Below, piece after piece: positions 16,899-26,724 of a DNA stretch of 62,636 nucleotides (positions are counted from its first letter, which is position 1; each line of letters starts with the position of its first letter). This stretch comes from Candidatus Limnocylindrales bacterium (GTDB lineage Bacteria > Chloroflexota > Limnocylindria > Limnocylindrales > CSP1-4): contig JBEKPL010000003.1 in the NCBI GenBank assembly GCA_049520815.1, forward strand, positions 1 to 62,636. Reading direction: 5' to 3'. The notes beneath the pieces are model-generated. The model was not told where the DNA came from. It did not search any database and saw nothing but the letters and a program-made list of their open reading frames with translations. Made by a program: the position numbers and the translations under genes.

Positions 16899-18371
16899 TC
16901 ACCGGCTTATCTCGAGGTCGCCGTCGCCGCCACTTCGTTGCGACTCGGCGCGCCTGAGCCCGGGTCGTTGGACTGCTGCAGGACCGGGTTCGCGCTCGCC
17001 CTCGCCCTGGTGGTCCATCTTCACGTAGCGGATCGGCCCGCGGCGGAAGGCCAGGTCCGCGAGCGCTCGTGGCACGGCGACGAGCCATAGGCCGTTGAAC
17101 AGCGATACGCGAATAGTCCGTTTCAATCGCTCGGGGGTGGAGAGGGCCTCACCGCCGTCGCGCCTCTCCCAGCGGAGCGAATCCCAGCCGAGCAGGGCGC
17201 TCACGCCCAGGTAGCCGGCAACGATCGAGGCCAGCGTTCGGCGCCGTCCGGTGACGGCGGCCGACGCCGCGGCCCCCAGGACGATCGGCGGCACGGCCAG
17301 CTGTCCGACGTAGGTGACGAAGTCGAGTCGAGCACCTACTGGCAGAAACGGGCTGGCCACTACCGCCGGGCCGTGCTCGAAGGCCCGCCTGAGTGCCCCC
17401 TCAGCCCACCGAAGACGCTGGCGCCAGAGGCGCTCTCCGCTTCGCACGGGCTCCTCCCAGACCTCCGCGTCCAAGGCCCAGGCGACGCGCTCTCCGGCTG
17501 CGGCAGCGATCCGGCTGGACAGGTCGATGTCCTCGGTCAATGCCGTGCTGCGCCATCCTCCGACGGCGGCCAGCAGCTCGCGACGAACCATGATCCCGTT
17601 GCCACGGAACTCAGAACAGCCTCCAAGCGCCCAGCGCCCCCGATTGAGCTCGCCGTCGAGCGTCTGCTCGTCCGCCTGCGCGCCCTGAAGCCAACCCTGA
17701 TCCGCCTCGAGGATCCTGCGGCGCGCCGTCACCGCGTTCGCGCCGGCCGCGAAGTACCCCGCCGCGCGTCGCAGAAACCACGACTCGAGGCGGGCGTCCG
17801 CGTCCAGCACCAGGACCACGTCGCCCCGACAAACGTCCGGCTGAGCCGCTGTCAGGGCCGCGCCCTTGCCGTCCGGAAGGCCGTCCCCTCGTCGCAGGAT
17901 CACGCGCGTCACCGCGGCGATGCCGCACTCGGCCGCGGCCGCCCGTACGGCAGCGGCCGTCCCGTCCGTCGATCTGTCGTCCACGACGATGAGCTCGAAG
18001 AGGGGCCGGCCGTCCCGGTCGCGGTAGTCCTGCCGGCCGACGTCGGCCACCAACTTTCGCAGGACGGCCGCCTCGTCTCGCGCGGCGACCACGACGCTGA
18101 ACGTGGCCGGGTCGTCCGCGGCGGCCAGGGCGTCGGCGGCATCCGCCGGGGAGATGGGGGGCCGGCGTGAGGCCAGGGCTACCGGAACGGCGCAGCCGAG
18201 GGCGATTCCGGCCGTGATGAGTGGAACCGCACGGCCCAGACGTCTCCCGTTCGCCATGAGTCCCACGGCGAAGCCACCGAACAGGATCCCCACAGCGGCG
18301 GCGCGCCATGCCGTCGGAGTCGCAGGTACGGCCTCCCCCATATCGGTTTCGGCACCGGCCGGCCCGGTCAT
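16899..18371 (-). CDS. Family 2 glycosyltransferase, integral membrane (processive synthase-like)
   Basis: FSVVVAARDEAAVL, ELIVVDDRSTDGT, VLVLDADARL, RQRLRWAEG (QxxRW-like). TM helices flank the domain. ATGA overlap with the upstream MFS gene. Confidence 0.85.
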   Translation of the reverse strand: MTGPAGAETDMGEAVPATPTAWRAAAVGILFGGFAVGLMANGRRLGRAVPLITAGIALGCAVPVALASRRPPISPADAADALAAADDPATFSVVVAARDEAAVLRKLVADVGRQDYRDRDGRPLFELIVVDDRSTDGTAAAVRAAAAECGIAAVTRVILRRGDGLPDGKGAALTAAQPDVCRGDVVLVLDADARLESWFLRRAAGYFAAGANAVTARRRILEADQGWLQGAQADEQTLDGELNRGRWALGGCSEFRGNGIMVRRELLAAVGGWRSTALTEDIDLSSRIAAAAGERVAWALDAEVWEEPVRSGERLWRQRLRWAEGALRRAFEHGPAVVASPFLPVGARLDFVTYVGQLAVPPIVLGAAASAAVTGRRRTLASIVAGYLGVSALLGWDSLRWERRDGGEALSTPERLKRTIRVSLFNGLWLVAVPRALADLAFRRGPIRYVKMDHQGEGEREPGPAAVQRPGLRRAESQRSGGDGDLEISR

Positions 18372-19924
18372 CGGGATGCCCGACCGTCATCGACATCCCG
18401 ACTCGATCCGCGCGATGCGGCCGGATCGTGTGGATCGCCGGGGCCGGCAGCGGAGCCGAGTCCCCGATCGCCGGAAGTCAAAGCGGCGGTGATCGGGTCC
18501 ACCGGGGCGCCACTCGGAGTGGACGGTGCCCGCGCCTCGGCTTCGGCCGGCAGAAGTGTCCCTCGACTTACATAGCTCGCCAGGCCCGACAGACACACGA
18601 TAGACCCCACGACCAGGATGACCGCGGGGACGCCGACGGCATCGGCGGCAGCTCCCGCCACGATCATCGGGGCCAGGCTGGCAATCGAGACGATCATGTT
18701 CAACACGCCGAACACACGGCCCCGAACGTCTTCGGGAAGTTCCTCCTGAAGTTGGGTCTGAGATGAGATTGCCACGACCACGTAGGCGGCGCCGACAAGG
18801 AAGGCGATACCCATCACCAACGATAGGATCGAGACCACCCGGTTGGCCTCGGCCAACCCGTTGGAGGTGGCCCGTGCCTGAAGGAAACTGGATATCGGGC
18901 TGGCGAACGAGAGGAGGACGAGGAGGAGCCCCATGCCCACCATGCCGGCTTCGATCGTCCGCCGGCGGGGCAGGTACCGGCCGTACGAGTTCAATACCAG
19001 GATGCCTGTGACAATGCCCATTCCGATAGGCAGAACGATGAGGCCGAAGTCCTTGGGGTTCAGGCCCAGGGTTGTCTTGGCAAAGTCCGGTCCGAGCACG
19101 GCAAGGACACCGATCAGCGCACCTGTGATGCCCAGGAACGAGAGAGACCATCCGACGTTCCGATGATCTCGGATGTAGACCATCCCTTGGACGAACTCGC
19201 CGACCATCGTCTCGACGGCTCGCTCGGCGTCGGCGACCGTCTGGCCTGCGCTAATCTCGCGTGACGACACAGGCGGATCAGACGGCAGTGTCCAGCAGAA
19301 GACGGCCGCCACGAAGTAGAGGGCTGCGACGACCACGATCAACAGCTCAGCGCTGGCGAGGGCCACCATGAACGGCCCTATGAGGGCAAAGCCGAGCGCG
19401 AAGGCCACGTTCATGGTCAGCGTGAAGAGACCGTTGGCGGCCAGCAGCTGGTGCTTGGGCACCAGGAACGGGATCATCGACGCCTCCGCCGGCCCGAAGA
19501 ACGTAGTCACGGTGGCGACGAAGATCATGAGCAGGTAGAGGCCAATCAGGTTATTGCCGACCAAGAGGATCGCCAGAACCGCCGCTCCCCGGAGCACGTT
19601 GGTGACCAGCAGCATGTGCCGCTTGTCGACCCTGTCGACGAAGACGCCGGCCAGCGCCGAGAAGAGGATCGCCGGCATCAGGAAGCTCAGCAGCAGGGCG
19701 CTCACCGCCGTGTGCGACGCGTAGGCGGACGAGATGATGATGGTCAGGCCGAAGATGACCATGTTGCCGCCGACCTGCGATGACGCTTGGGCCAGCCACA
19801 GCAGCAAGAACGGCCTGTTCCGGAGGACGGTGAGGCCGCCGGGCTCCGCACTCGGTGGACGGGGCTGACGCCGTGGCCGTGGCGTCCTTGCCTTAGGAGC
19901 GCTCGGCGAGATGGCGGCCTTCAT
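18368..19924 (-). CDS. MFS transporter
   Basis: 518 aa with about 12 TM helices. The pattern NRPFLLLWLAQASSQVGGNMVIFGL is seen in EntS/MFS_3-type exporters. Confidence 0.85.
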   Translation of the reverse strand: MKAAISPSAPKARTPRPRRQPRPPSAEPGGLTVLRNRPFLLLWLAQASSQVGGNMVIFGLTIIISSAYASHTAVSALLLSFLMPAILFSALAGVFVDRVDKRHMLLVTNVLRGAAVLAILLVGNNLIGLYLLMIFVATVTTFFGPAEASMIPFLVPKHQLLAANGLFTLTMNVAFALGFALIGPFMVALASAELLIVVVAALYFVAAVFCWTLPSDPPVSSREISAGQTVADAERAVETMVGEFVQGMVYIRDHRNVGWSLSFLGITGALIGVLAVLGPDFAKTTLGLNPKDFGLIVLPIGMGIVTGILVLNSYGRYLPRRRTIEAGMVGMGLLLVLLSFASPISSFLQARATSNGLAEANRVVSILSLVMGIAFLVGAAYVVVAISSQTQLQEELPEDVRGRVFGVLNMIVSIASLAPMIVAGAAADAVGVPAVILVVGSIVCLSGLASYVSRGTLLPAEAEARAPSTPSGAPVDPITAALTSGDRGLGSAAGPGDPHDPAASRGSSRDVDDGRASR

Positions 19925-20283
19925 CGGCCGGTGCCCGAGCCAGCGGGGCCTCCGCCTTGGCTCTGGGGCGCGACGGCGAGGCTGATGGCGGGATCGCCGC
20001 GCGACAGGAAGCCCGTCAGCCGCCGCTCCAGCGTCCGGCGCTCAAGCAGCAGGTGGCGATCGCAGCTGCGGCAGCGCAGTCCGATGTCGGCTCCGAGCCG
20101 GTCGACCAGCCACTCGCGGCCACCACACGGATGAGCGCGGCGCAGCGTCACCACGTCGCCAAGCCTGAATTCGACGACCTCGGGCTGACCTGGCGACACT
20201 ACGCGGGCCTGTGATGAAGCGATGCGACGGGAATGCCCATAACGGCCGCTCAATCTATCAGAGCCTGGGGTGCGTTGCGGCAA
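19921..20283 (-). CDS. DUF951-family protein (start uncertain, probably an internal GTG)
   Basis: Conserved core FRLGDVVTLRRAHPCGGREWLVDRLGADIGLRCRSCDRHLLLERRTLERRL. ATGA overlap with the MFS start. Confidence 0.6.
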   Translation of the reverse strand: MPQRTPGSDRLSGRYGHSRRIASSQARVVSPGQPEVVEFRLGDVVTLRRAHPCGGREWLVDRLGADIGLRCRSCDRHLLLERRTLERRLTGFLSRGDPAISLAVAPQSQGGGPAGSGTGR

Positions 20284-20286
20284 CTG

Positions 20287-20322
20287 GCCCGCAGCCGTTG
20301 TCCGATGGCAACGGCTGCGGGC
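20287..20322 (-). terminator. Perfect 14-bp GC-rich hairpin (terminator-like, no U-tract)
   Basis: GCCCGCAGCCGTTG, an 8-nt loop, then CAACGGCTGCGGGC, 26 nt downstream of the peptidase stop. Confidence 0.45.
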
Positions 20323-20347
20323 GCAGACTCGGGCACCTGCATGGGCC

Positions 20348-21715
20348 CTAGGAGGGCGGTCCCCCGGTAGGCGTCTGCTCGCGTTGAGACTGCAGGAACA
20401 GCAGGGTGCCGGCTCCGAGCAGGATCAGGCCGCCGACGGCGATGAAACCGGCCAGGACCAGGGCGGTCGAGTCGGTGTCGTTCGGTGGGTTGGACCCCTG
20501 ACCGCCCGGCGGTGTCGAGGCGGGGGCGGCCGACGCCGTGGGCTCGACCGGGGGCATGGTACCGGACGACCAGCCTGGCGGGATCGGGCCCGAGGGAGCC
20601 GGCTGCGGGCCGTACTGGATCGGCGCCGAGACGCCGTTGTCCGCCAGCCAGGCCTTGTTGAACGCGGCCGTGTCGATGCCGAAGGCGTCCGTGAAGGCCT
20701 CGTCGTCGGTTGCGCCCTGGCCGTAGGTCTTGAGTAGCTTCTGGAGCGCCGACTTGCCGTACTTGCGGATCATGAAGTCCACGGCCGAGACGGACTCGGC
20801 ATACGAGAGGTAGACGCGCTCGGCAGCCTGGGAGAAGAAGCCGGCCAGGGCGGCGAGCGGCACGAGCGAATCGCCTTTGGCAGCCCCGGAGACGAGCCCG
20901 CGGTCGTAGCTGCCATAGCCCACTGCCATGTACCGCGCCAGACCCTCGTTCAGCCAGCGCGGCGGCGAGTGGTAGGGGTTGTCGGTGATGTCGCTGAAGA
21001 CGATGTGAGTGAGTTCATGAGGCACGACGTCGCTGCCGTACTCCAGATCGCCTGGAGCGACGAGGGCGAAGCAGGTACGGTACGACGACTGGGTTACTCC
21101 GCCGATCGTTTCAGCGACGCTGAGACCTGCCTGGAAGGCGCTCTGACTGGGGTAGATGTAGAAGTCGACCGGCCTGGTCTCCTCGATGCCGAGGAAGGCG
21201 GCCGATTTCGGGAAGCCCTGCTCGCCGTACGCAAGCAGCTGCGAGGCGAACGCGTCCGTTCCCTGGATCCAGTGCATGATGACGAGCTTGCCGGCCTTCG
21301 ACTTCCAGGTGTAGCGGTCGTCGGCGTACGTGACGTGAATGTCGGGGCCGGCCTGGGTCGTCCCGTCGGCGAAGACGACCTGGAAGTGAGCCGTTAGCGG
21401 CTGAAAGGGCGATAGGCCGCCGCTGGACGTGTCCAGGCTGTAGGTCAGCGAGCTGGATCCCGGACTCTCGAGTGTGTAGAGGGACGGACCGAGATCGCCG
21501 GGCAGCTGGATGAGGATGTCCGCCCCCTTGATTCCGCTGCCGCTGTACGGCTGGGTGAAGACGATGCTCTTGCCAAACGTAGACTCGTACGAAGGCATGC
21601 CGAAAATGACCGATGCCCCGGTCGCCACGCCGGGAGCGACCAGCAGCCCCAACACGGCGCACAGCAGCACCGCCGTGCCGCGGCGAACGATAGGGTGGCG
21701 GAAGAGCAGGCTCAT
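20348..21715 (-). CDS. MA-clan zinc metallopeptidase (Peptidase_MA_2-like) with a C-terminal membrane anchor
   Basis: Start at MSLLFRHPIVRRGTAVLLCAVLGLLVAPGVATG (ATGA overlap with the SBP stop). HELTHIVF...RWLNEGLARY. C-terminal TM ALVLAGFIAVGGLILLGAGTLLF. Confidence 0.8.
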   Translation of the reverse strand: MSLLFRHPIVRRGTAVLLCAVLGLLVAPGVATGASVIFGMPSYESTFGKSIVFTQPYSGSGIKGADILIQLPGDLGPSLYTLESPGSSSLTYSLDTSSGGLSPFQPLTAHFQVVFADGTTQAGPDIHVTYADDRYTWKSKAGKLVIMHWIQGTDAFASQLLAYGEQGFPKSAAFLGIEETRPVDFYIYPSQSAFQAGLSVAETIGGVTQSSYRTCFALVAPGDLEYGSDVVPHELTHIVFSDITDNPYHSPPRWLNEGLARYMAVGYGSYDRGLVSGAAKGDSLVPLAALAGFFSQAAERVYLSYAESVSAVDFMIRKYGKSALQKLLKTYGQGATDDEAFTDAFGIDTAAFNKAWLADNGVSAPIQYGPQPAPSGPIPPGWSSGTMPPVEPTASAAPASTPPGGQGSNPPNDTDSTALVLAGFIAVGGLILLGAGTLLFLQSQREQTPTGGPPS

Positions 21716-23334
21716 GATCCCGACGCCCACGCGAGGCCGGCGTATCGCACCAGGCCCTGACTGTTCGGCAGGGCGCCGAGCAGACCCTTGGCCGCGAGCG
21801 CATACCCGGCCCCGAAATCGACCGGGATCACCGGCACCTGATCCTGCACGATCGCCTGCGCCCGATCGAACGCCTGCTGCATCGTCGCCGCGTTCGAGGC
21901 TGCAAGCGCGCTCGATACCGCCGCGTCGAAATCGTCGTTGGCCCACCGGCCGAAGTTGTTGAGCTGTCCGGAGCCAAGGAGAATCCCCAGGAAGTCGTTG
22001 GCGCCGGGGTAGTCGGCGACCCAGCCCATCTGCCAGAAAGTCGGCGGATCGGTCCCCAGCAGCGCGTCGTAGGTCCCCGCATCGAGCGCCAGGTACGAGA
22101 TGTCGATGCCCAGGTTGTCGTGGAGCTGGCGGACTATCGCGGCGTCCAGATCCAGACCGCCCGTCTCCAGAGTGACCTTCGGGAAGCCGACGCCGCTGGG
22201 ATAGCCTGCCGCGGCCAGCTCCGACTTCGCCTTGGCCAGATCGAACTTGGGGCCGTAGTCCGTGGCGCTATGGCCGGGCACGCCGTCGGGGACCATGCCC
22301 GTGGCCGGCACTACCAGCGGGTTGGACAGGAGGGTCACGATGCGGCGCCAGTCGATGCCCAGCGCGAAGGCCCGCCGGACGTGGACGTCGTTGAAGGGCG
22401 GCTTGGTCGTGTTGAAGCCGTAGAACTCCACCGACGGAGACGGCTCGATGCGAAGCGAGGGGCCGAGGGTCTCATCGTAGGCGACCCATGAGGCGTCGCC
22501 GCTGTAGATCGGCGTGTAGTCGAGATCGCCGGTCTGGAACATCTCCACCGAGCTCTTGCCGCCCGTGGAGCTCAGGAGATGGACGGTGGTTATGGCGGGC
22601 TTGCCGGCCCAGTATCGGGGGTTAGCCGCCAAAGTGGTCTCGGTATCCGTGAGACCGCTGAGGACGTAGGCGCCGCTGCCCACGAAACCGCCCGGCTTCA
22701 ATAGGCTCGGCTTCGAATCGAGGTTGGGCGGAACGACGGCCAGCGTGGGGCCGGAGACTATGGCCGGGAAGTCCGCGGCCGGGTTCGTCAGGTCAACCTG
22801 GACGTCCGTGGAGCCTGAGGAGTGGATGCCGACGGAAGCGAGAGGCCCGCTCCCCTCTCGATAGGCTCGGGCGCCGACAATGCCATCGATGAGCGACGCG
22901 AGCGGACTCGGGTGGGCCGGATCGAGGACGCGCATCCAGCTCTTGACCACGTCGCTTGCAGTGAGGGCGGTGCCGTCCGAGAACGTAAGGCCGGGACGCA
23001 GGTGAAAGACCACGCGCTTGCCGCCGTCCTGCGTCTCCCAGCTGGAGGCCAGGGCCGGCTGAACGTGCTGTTTCGAATCCACGGCCGTTAGTGACTCGAA
23101 GAGCTGGGAGACCACTTGGGCGCTGCCTGCGTCCGACTGGACGGCCGGATCCAGGGAATCGGCGGCCGGACCCAGGATGGTGACGCTGTTTCGGGCGGAA
23201 GCGGCAACAGCGGGGTGCCAAGCCACCCCAACGCCCAGGATCAGCGCCAGCGCAGCCGTCGCGCAGGCCACGAGAATGCGGCCCCGCCGGCCATTGCCCG
23301 ATCGTTCGGGAAGCGGCCACGGATAGACGTACAT
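21712..23334 (-). CDS. ABC-transporter family 5 (peptide/nickel type) solute-binding protein, no cognate permease or ATPase adjacent
   Basis: Start at MYVYPWPL...ILVACATAALALILG. Typical SBP_bac_5 segments (VTILGPAADSLDPA, FHLRPGLTFSDGTALTASDV, NPRYWAGKP). Confidence 0.85.
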   Translation of the reverse strand: MYVYPWPLPERSGNGRRGRILVACATAALALILGVGVAWHPAVAASARNSVTILGPAADSLDPAVQSDAGSAQVVSQLFESLTAVDSKQHVQPALASSWETQDGGKRVVFHLRPGLTFSDGTALTASDVVKSWMRVLDPAHPSPLASLIDGIVGARAYREGSGPLASVGIHSSGSTDVQVDLTNPAADFPAIVSGPTLAVVPPNLDSKPSLLKPGGFVGSGAYVLSGLTDTETTLAANPRYWAGKPAITTVHLLSSTGGKSSVEMFQTGDLDYTPIYSGDASWVAYDETLGPSLRIEPSPSVEFYGFNTTKPPFNDVHVRRAFALGIDWRRIVTLLSNPLVVPATGMVPDGVPGHSATDYGPKFDLAKAKSELAAAGYPSGVGFPKVTLETGGLDLDAAIVRQLHDNLGIDISYLALDAGTYDALLGTDPPTFWQMGWVADYPGANDFLGILLGSGQLNNFGRWANDDFDAAVSSALAASNAATMQQAFDRAQAIVQDQVPVIPVDFGAGYALAAKGLLGALPNSQGLVRYAGLAWASGS

Positions 23335-23517
23335 CACGGTGCGGTCGGCCCGGACAGGACGACGGCGAGCTGGAGCCCTGGCATTGCGGCAGTATAGGAG
23401 CGACTGGCCGAGCCCGCGGGAAGGGGTCCAGCCAACGGTCCGGGGCCATCCGGGCTGGCTCGTGCGCTCCTGCGCCACCGACGGTCGGAGGCCTCACCAC
23501 ACTGTCGGGTCACTCGG

Positions 23518-24426
23518 CTACACCACAGCGGTTCGAGACCCCTCCGCCGAAACGGCGCCTTGCCCGTCGCCGCCGGCGCCGTGATGTCCGTCATCGGCCC
23601 GGTGCGGGTGAGAGTGGGCCACGCCTCCGTGGCCGTGGAGATGCTCGTGGATGAGATTGGCCCGCACGAGCAGGTCCGTGTCGGCCAGAACGGCTGCCGG
23701 AGGTCCGTCGGCTACGACCCGGCGATCTTCGCCCAGGACGACGACCCGGCCGGCGATCATCGGGACGATGTCGAGCTCATGCGTGGCGACGATGAGCGTC
23801 CGCCCGGACGCCGACAGACGCCGGATCAAGTCCACCAGCAGCCACTTGGCACGTGGATCCAGCGAGGCCGTCGGCTCGTCCAGCAGGATCACGTCTGGAC
23901 GCAGCGACAGCACTGACGCGATCGACGCCCGCTTCTTCTCGCCACCGGACAGCTCGAACGGGGCCCGGTCGGCAAGATGCGCGATCTCCATGGCGGCCAG
24001 GGCTTCGTCGCAACGCTGCTTGACCTCTTCCTGGCTGAGGCCGAGTTGCAGCGGGCCGAAGGCGACGTCGTCCAGGACCGTCGCACTGAACAGCTGGATG
24101 TCCGGATCCTGGAAGACCAGACCGACCTCGCGGTGGAAGCGGAATCCGTCTTCGCCCTGGGCGACGGCGGCCACGTCTCGGCCCAGGGCCCGCATGGCTC
24201 CGCCGGTCGGCCCCACGACTCCATCGAGCAGCTTGAGCAGGGTCGACTTGCCGCTGCCGTTGGCGCCGAGCAGGACGACTCGTTCGCCCGGCCATATCTG
24301 GAGGTCGATGCCGTCGAGCGCGACCTGCCGGCCCGCGTAGACATAGCGCACGTCACGCAGGTCGTACAGCGGCTCACCCGGCCCGACCGGGCCCGCATGG
24401 ATCGCACGCTGGAGATCGGCAGTCAT
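23518..24426 (-). CDS. ECF transporter ATPase (CbiO/NikO type) with a His-rich C-terminal tail
   Basis: GANGSGKSTLLKLL, LSGGEKKRASIASVL, ILLDEPTASLD. Tail is HEHLHGHGGVAHSHPHRADDGHHGAGG. True ATG 24426 overlaps the cbiQ stop (ATGA). The ORF-track 492-aa version was rejected. Confidence 0.9.
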   Translation of the reverse strand: MTADLQRAIHAGPVGPGEPLYDLRDVRYVYAGRQVALDGIDLQIWPGERVVLLGANGSGKSTLLKLLDGVVGPTGGAMRALGRDVAAVAQGEDGFRFHREVGLVFQDPDIQLFSATVLDDVAFGPLQLGLSQEEVKQRCDEALAAMEIAHLADRAPFELSGGEKKRASIASVLSLRPDVILLDEPTASLDPRAKWLLVDLIRRLSASGRTLIVATHELDIVPMIAGRVVVLGEDRRVVADGPPAAVLADTDLLVRANLIHEHLHGHGGVAHSHPHRADDGHHGAGGDGQGAVSAEGSRTAVV

Positions 24427-25298
24427 GGCAGCACCCGCCCGGCCAGTACGGCCGCAACGGCGATGACTGCGACTCCGCCCAGCGCCGCCAGATCGGAAGC
24501 GTGGAGCCGGTACGCGGCGTAGGTACGGACCTCGCCCGTGAAGCCACGCGCCAGCATGGCGGCGTAGACGTCGTTGCTCATCTTGAACGCCCGGCTCATG
24601 AGGTTGCCCATGGTGCCCGTTATCCAGCGTCGCTGTTCGCCGCCGCTGGTCCGGCCCACGACGCGGCTCTTTCGCGCCAGCAGGATCCCATTCGCCGTGT
24701 GCAGGAACAGGAAGATGTAGCGGTAGGTCATCGACAGAACGAGCACGAAGACCTGAGGCGCCTTGAGCGCCCGAAGGCTCTTCAGGACGTCGGCCCAGGG
24801 CGTCGTCACCACCAAAAGCACGGCCAGTGAGACCGAGACGCCGACGCGGCTGACGAAGACCAGCGCGCCCTCCAGGCCGTTCCACGAGGGCGCAAGGTGG
24901 GCCGGTCCGATGGCCAGGTCGAAGACCCGCGGACCGGGGACGAAGAAGACGGCCGGCACCACCACGATTCCGGCGAAGAACGGGATGCCGAGCCATACGC
25001 GCTTCACGAAGAAACCGAACGGGACCCGGCTGGCTCGCGCCGCGCCGAGAGTCCCCGCGTACAGGAGCGCCAGGCCGGCGAGAGAGGTGGTCAGGCTGGC
25101 CGCCAGGATCGCCACGAGCATCCCGAGCATCTTCGCCCGCGGATCGCGCCGCTGCAGCCAGCCGGAGGACCTGGCGTGGTGCTCGGTGAAGATCGCCTGC
25201 TCGATGTTGCCGCTGATGCCGCCCAGCGTTTGCTCGAGCCAGCCGATCCGGCCCTCGGCCCGCGTGCCCCTGGCGACTGCCGGCGTCGCGGTCGTCAT
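24423..25298 (-). CDS. ECF transporter transmembrane (T) component, CbiQ/NikQ type
   Basis: 291 aa with multiple TM helices, positioned between the CbiM-like and CbiO-like genes. Confidence 0.85.
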   Translation of the reverse strand: MTTATPAVARGTRAEGRIGWLEQTLGGISGNIEQAIFTEHHARSSGWLQRRDPRAKMLGMLVAILAASLTTSLAGLALLYAGTLGAARASRVPFGFFVKRVWLGIPFFAGIVVVPAVFFVPGPRVFDLAIGPAHLAPSWNGLEGALVFVSRVGVSVSLAVLLVVTTPWADVLKSLRALKAPQVFVLVLSMTYRYIFLFLHTANGILLARKSRVVGRTSGGEQRRWITGTMGNLMSRAFKMSNDVYAAMLARGFTGEVRTYAAYRLHASDLAALGGVAVIAVAAVLAGRVLP

Positions 25299-25320
25299 GG
25301 ACCGACCGGGCTGCGGGAGG

Positions 25321-26604
25321 TCATGCTTCGGCCCCCTGTGGAATCACATCCGCCGAGCCGTTTCGCCGCAGGAGGCGGGCGAGGATGTACGCTGCTCCAC
25401 CGACCATCAGGATGCCGAGGATGGCGGAGACCTCGTAACCCATTGCCGCATGCCAGAGGGGCGCACTGGCGTGGGAGAAGAACGGCAGCGGAAGGTTGTA
25501 GCCAGACAGCGGCGCGCTGAAGAAGCCCGAGAGATCCTGAAGTCCCGACGGAACGTAGCCGAAGGCCGCCTCCACATCCGTCGTACTCCCCTCCCCGTAC
25601 GCGAACCCGGGAGCGATGAGCCCGAGCGGCGCTATCACTGCGATCGCCGCAAACGCGGCGCCGATGCGCTTCAGGGTGCGTGGCAACACCAGATATGCCG
25701 CCGGGACGAGCACGACGCCGATGACGGCGGTCACGACGAGCATCGTTGCCACGGACGGCCAATCGACCCGCGACCAATCGGCGCCGAACATGCGACTGGG
25801 ATTGCCGCCGCCCTCCACCAGACCCACGATGGCGAGCACGACGGCGGTGCAGCTCACTGCGGCGGCCACGACTTGCCACAGCGGTCGACGCGCCGGGGTC
25901 CCGTCGGTTGCCGCATCCGGCGCGAAGATGCCCCGCAGGCCGGTCAAGTATTCGGGATGGCGGCGCTGCAGATACGCCACACCGAGGCCGGTGATCAGCC
26001 CCTCGACGATCGAGGCCCCGAACAGATGAGACGCCAGCATGGCCGGGATCGCCTCGGACAGACCGTACGGGCTGTACAGGGCGTGGCCGTTCTGCGAGAA
26101 GAGAGCCGGCTCGATGCCCAGTTCGATGCCGACCGCAAGAGCAGCCACGGAGATGCCGGTGTACGCGCCGATGCCTGCCGCGACGGCTCGGCGGGTGGAA
26201 AGCACTGGGGATCCGGCGGCGAGGAGTCTGTAGGTCGCGTAGCCCACGAAGGGCAGGATGATGGCCATGTTCAGGCAGTTCGCGAAGATCGCCAGCACGC
26301 CACCGTCACCGAAGAAGAGGGCCTGGAGTATCAGTGCCGTGCTCACGGCGATCGCGGCCGCCCAGGGGCCGAGGATGACGGCGATGAGCACCCCCCCTAC
26401 TCCGTGAGCCGTCGTCCCACCCGGAACTGGCACGTTGAACATCATCACCGTGAAACTGAGCGCGGAGAAGATGGCCAGAAGCGGCACGGTCCGGTTGTTC
26501 AGGACCTTCTTGACCTTCTGCGTGGCGAGGGCCCAGACCGGGACCGTTGGCACCGCCAGGGCAAGCGAGATGGCCGGGGCGAGATAGCCATCGGGGATGT
26601 GCAC
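25321..26604 (-). CDS. Ni/Co ECF substrate-capture component, CbiM/NikM fused to a C-terminal PDGLE-like (NikN/CbiN-type) module
   Basis: GTG-initiated MHIPDGYLAP. The N-terminal Met-His is the metal-ligating hallmark of CbiM/NikM. The 427-aa length adds extra C-terminal TMs and a segment APGFAYGEG...YVPSGLQ. Confidence 0.85.
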   Translation of the reverse strand: MHIPDGYLAPAISLALAVPTVPVWALATQKVKKVLNNRTVPLLAIFSALSFTVMMFNVPVPGGTTAHGVGGVLIAVILGPWAAAIAVSTALILQALFFGDGGVLAIFANCLNMAIILPFVGYATYRLLAAGSPVLSTRRAVAAGIGAYTGISVAALAVGIELGIEPALFSQNGHALYSPYGLSEAIPAMLASHLFGASIVEGLITGLGVAYLQRRHPEYLTGLRGIFAPDAATDGTPARRPLWQVVAAAVSCTAVVLAIVGLVEGGGNPSRMFGADWSRVDWPSVATMLVVTAVIGVVLVPAAYLVLPRTLKRIGAAFAAIAVIAPLGLIAPGFAYGEGSTTDVEAAFGYVPSGLQDLSGFFSAPLSGYNLPLPFFSHASAPLWHAAMGYEVSAILGILMVGGAAYILARLLRRNGSADVIPQGAEA

Positions 26605-26645
26605 CGTCTGATCCTCCGTCGCACCTGACGAGACTCGTGGCTATT

Positions 26646-26698
26646 GCAACCCGTTGCGCTACAAGCCTAGTCTACGCGCATCGCGCAATGCGCCACAA
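26646..26698. promoter_or_regulatory. Candidate promoter and operator in the nik/cbi-fur divergent intergenic region
   Basis: Minus strand: TTGTGG (26693..26698), 18-nt spacer, TAGACT (26669..26674). The inverted repeat GCGCAT-N6-ATGCGC (26676..26693) fills the spacer. A second inverted repeat GCAAC-CC-GTTGC (26646..26657, within TTGCAACCCGTTGCG) lies in the UTR. Confidence 0.3.
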
Positions 26699-26724
26699 TC
26701 CGACATAGCAGAGAGGACCGCAGA

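Noticed and set aside
26605-26724. Possible cobalamin or NiCo riboswitch upstream of the cbiM-like gene
   Set aside because: The intergenic region is only 120 nt and is shared with the divergent fur promoter. I could not see the conserved B12-box or the NiCo four-way-junction motifs. Protein-based (Fur-family) control is more likely. A covariance-model scan would settle it.
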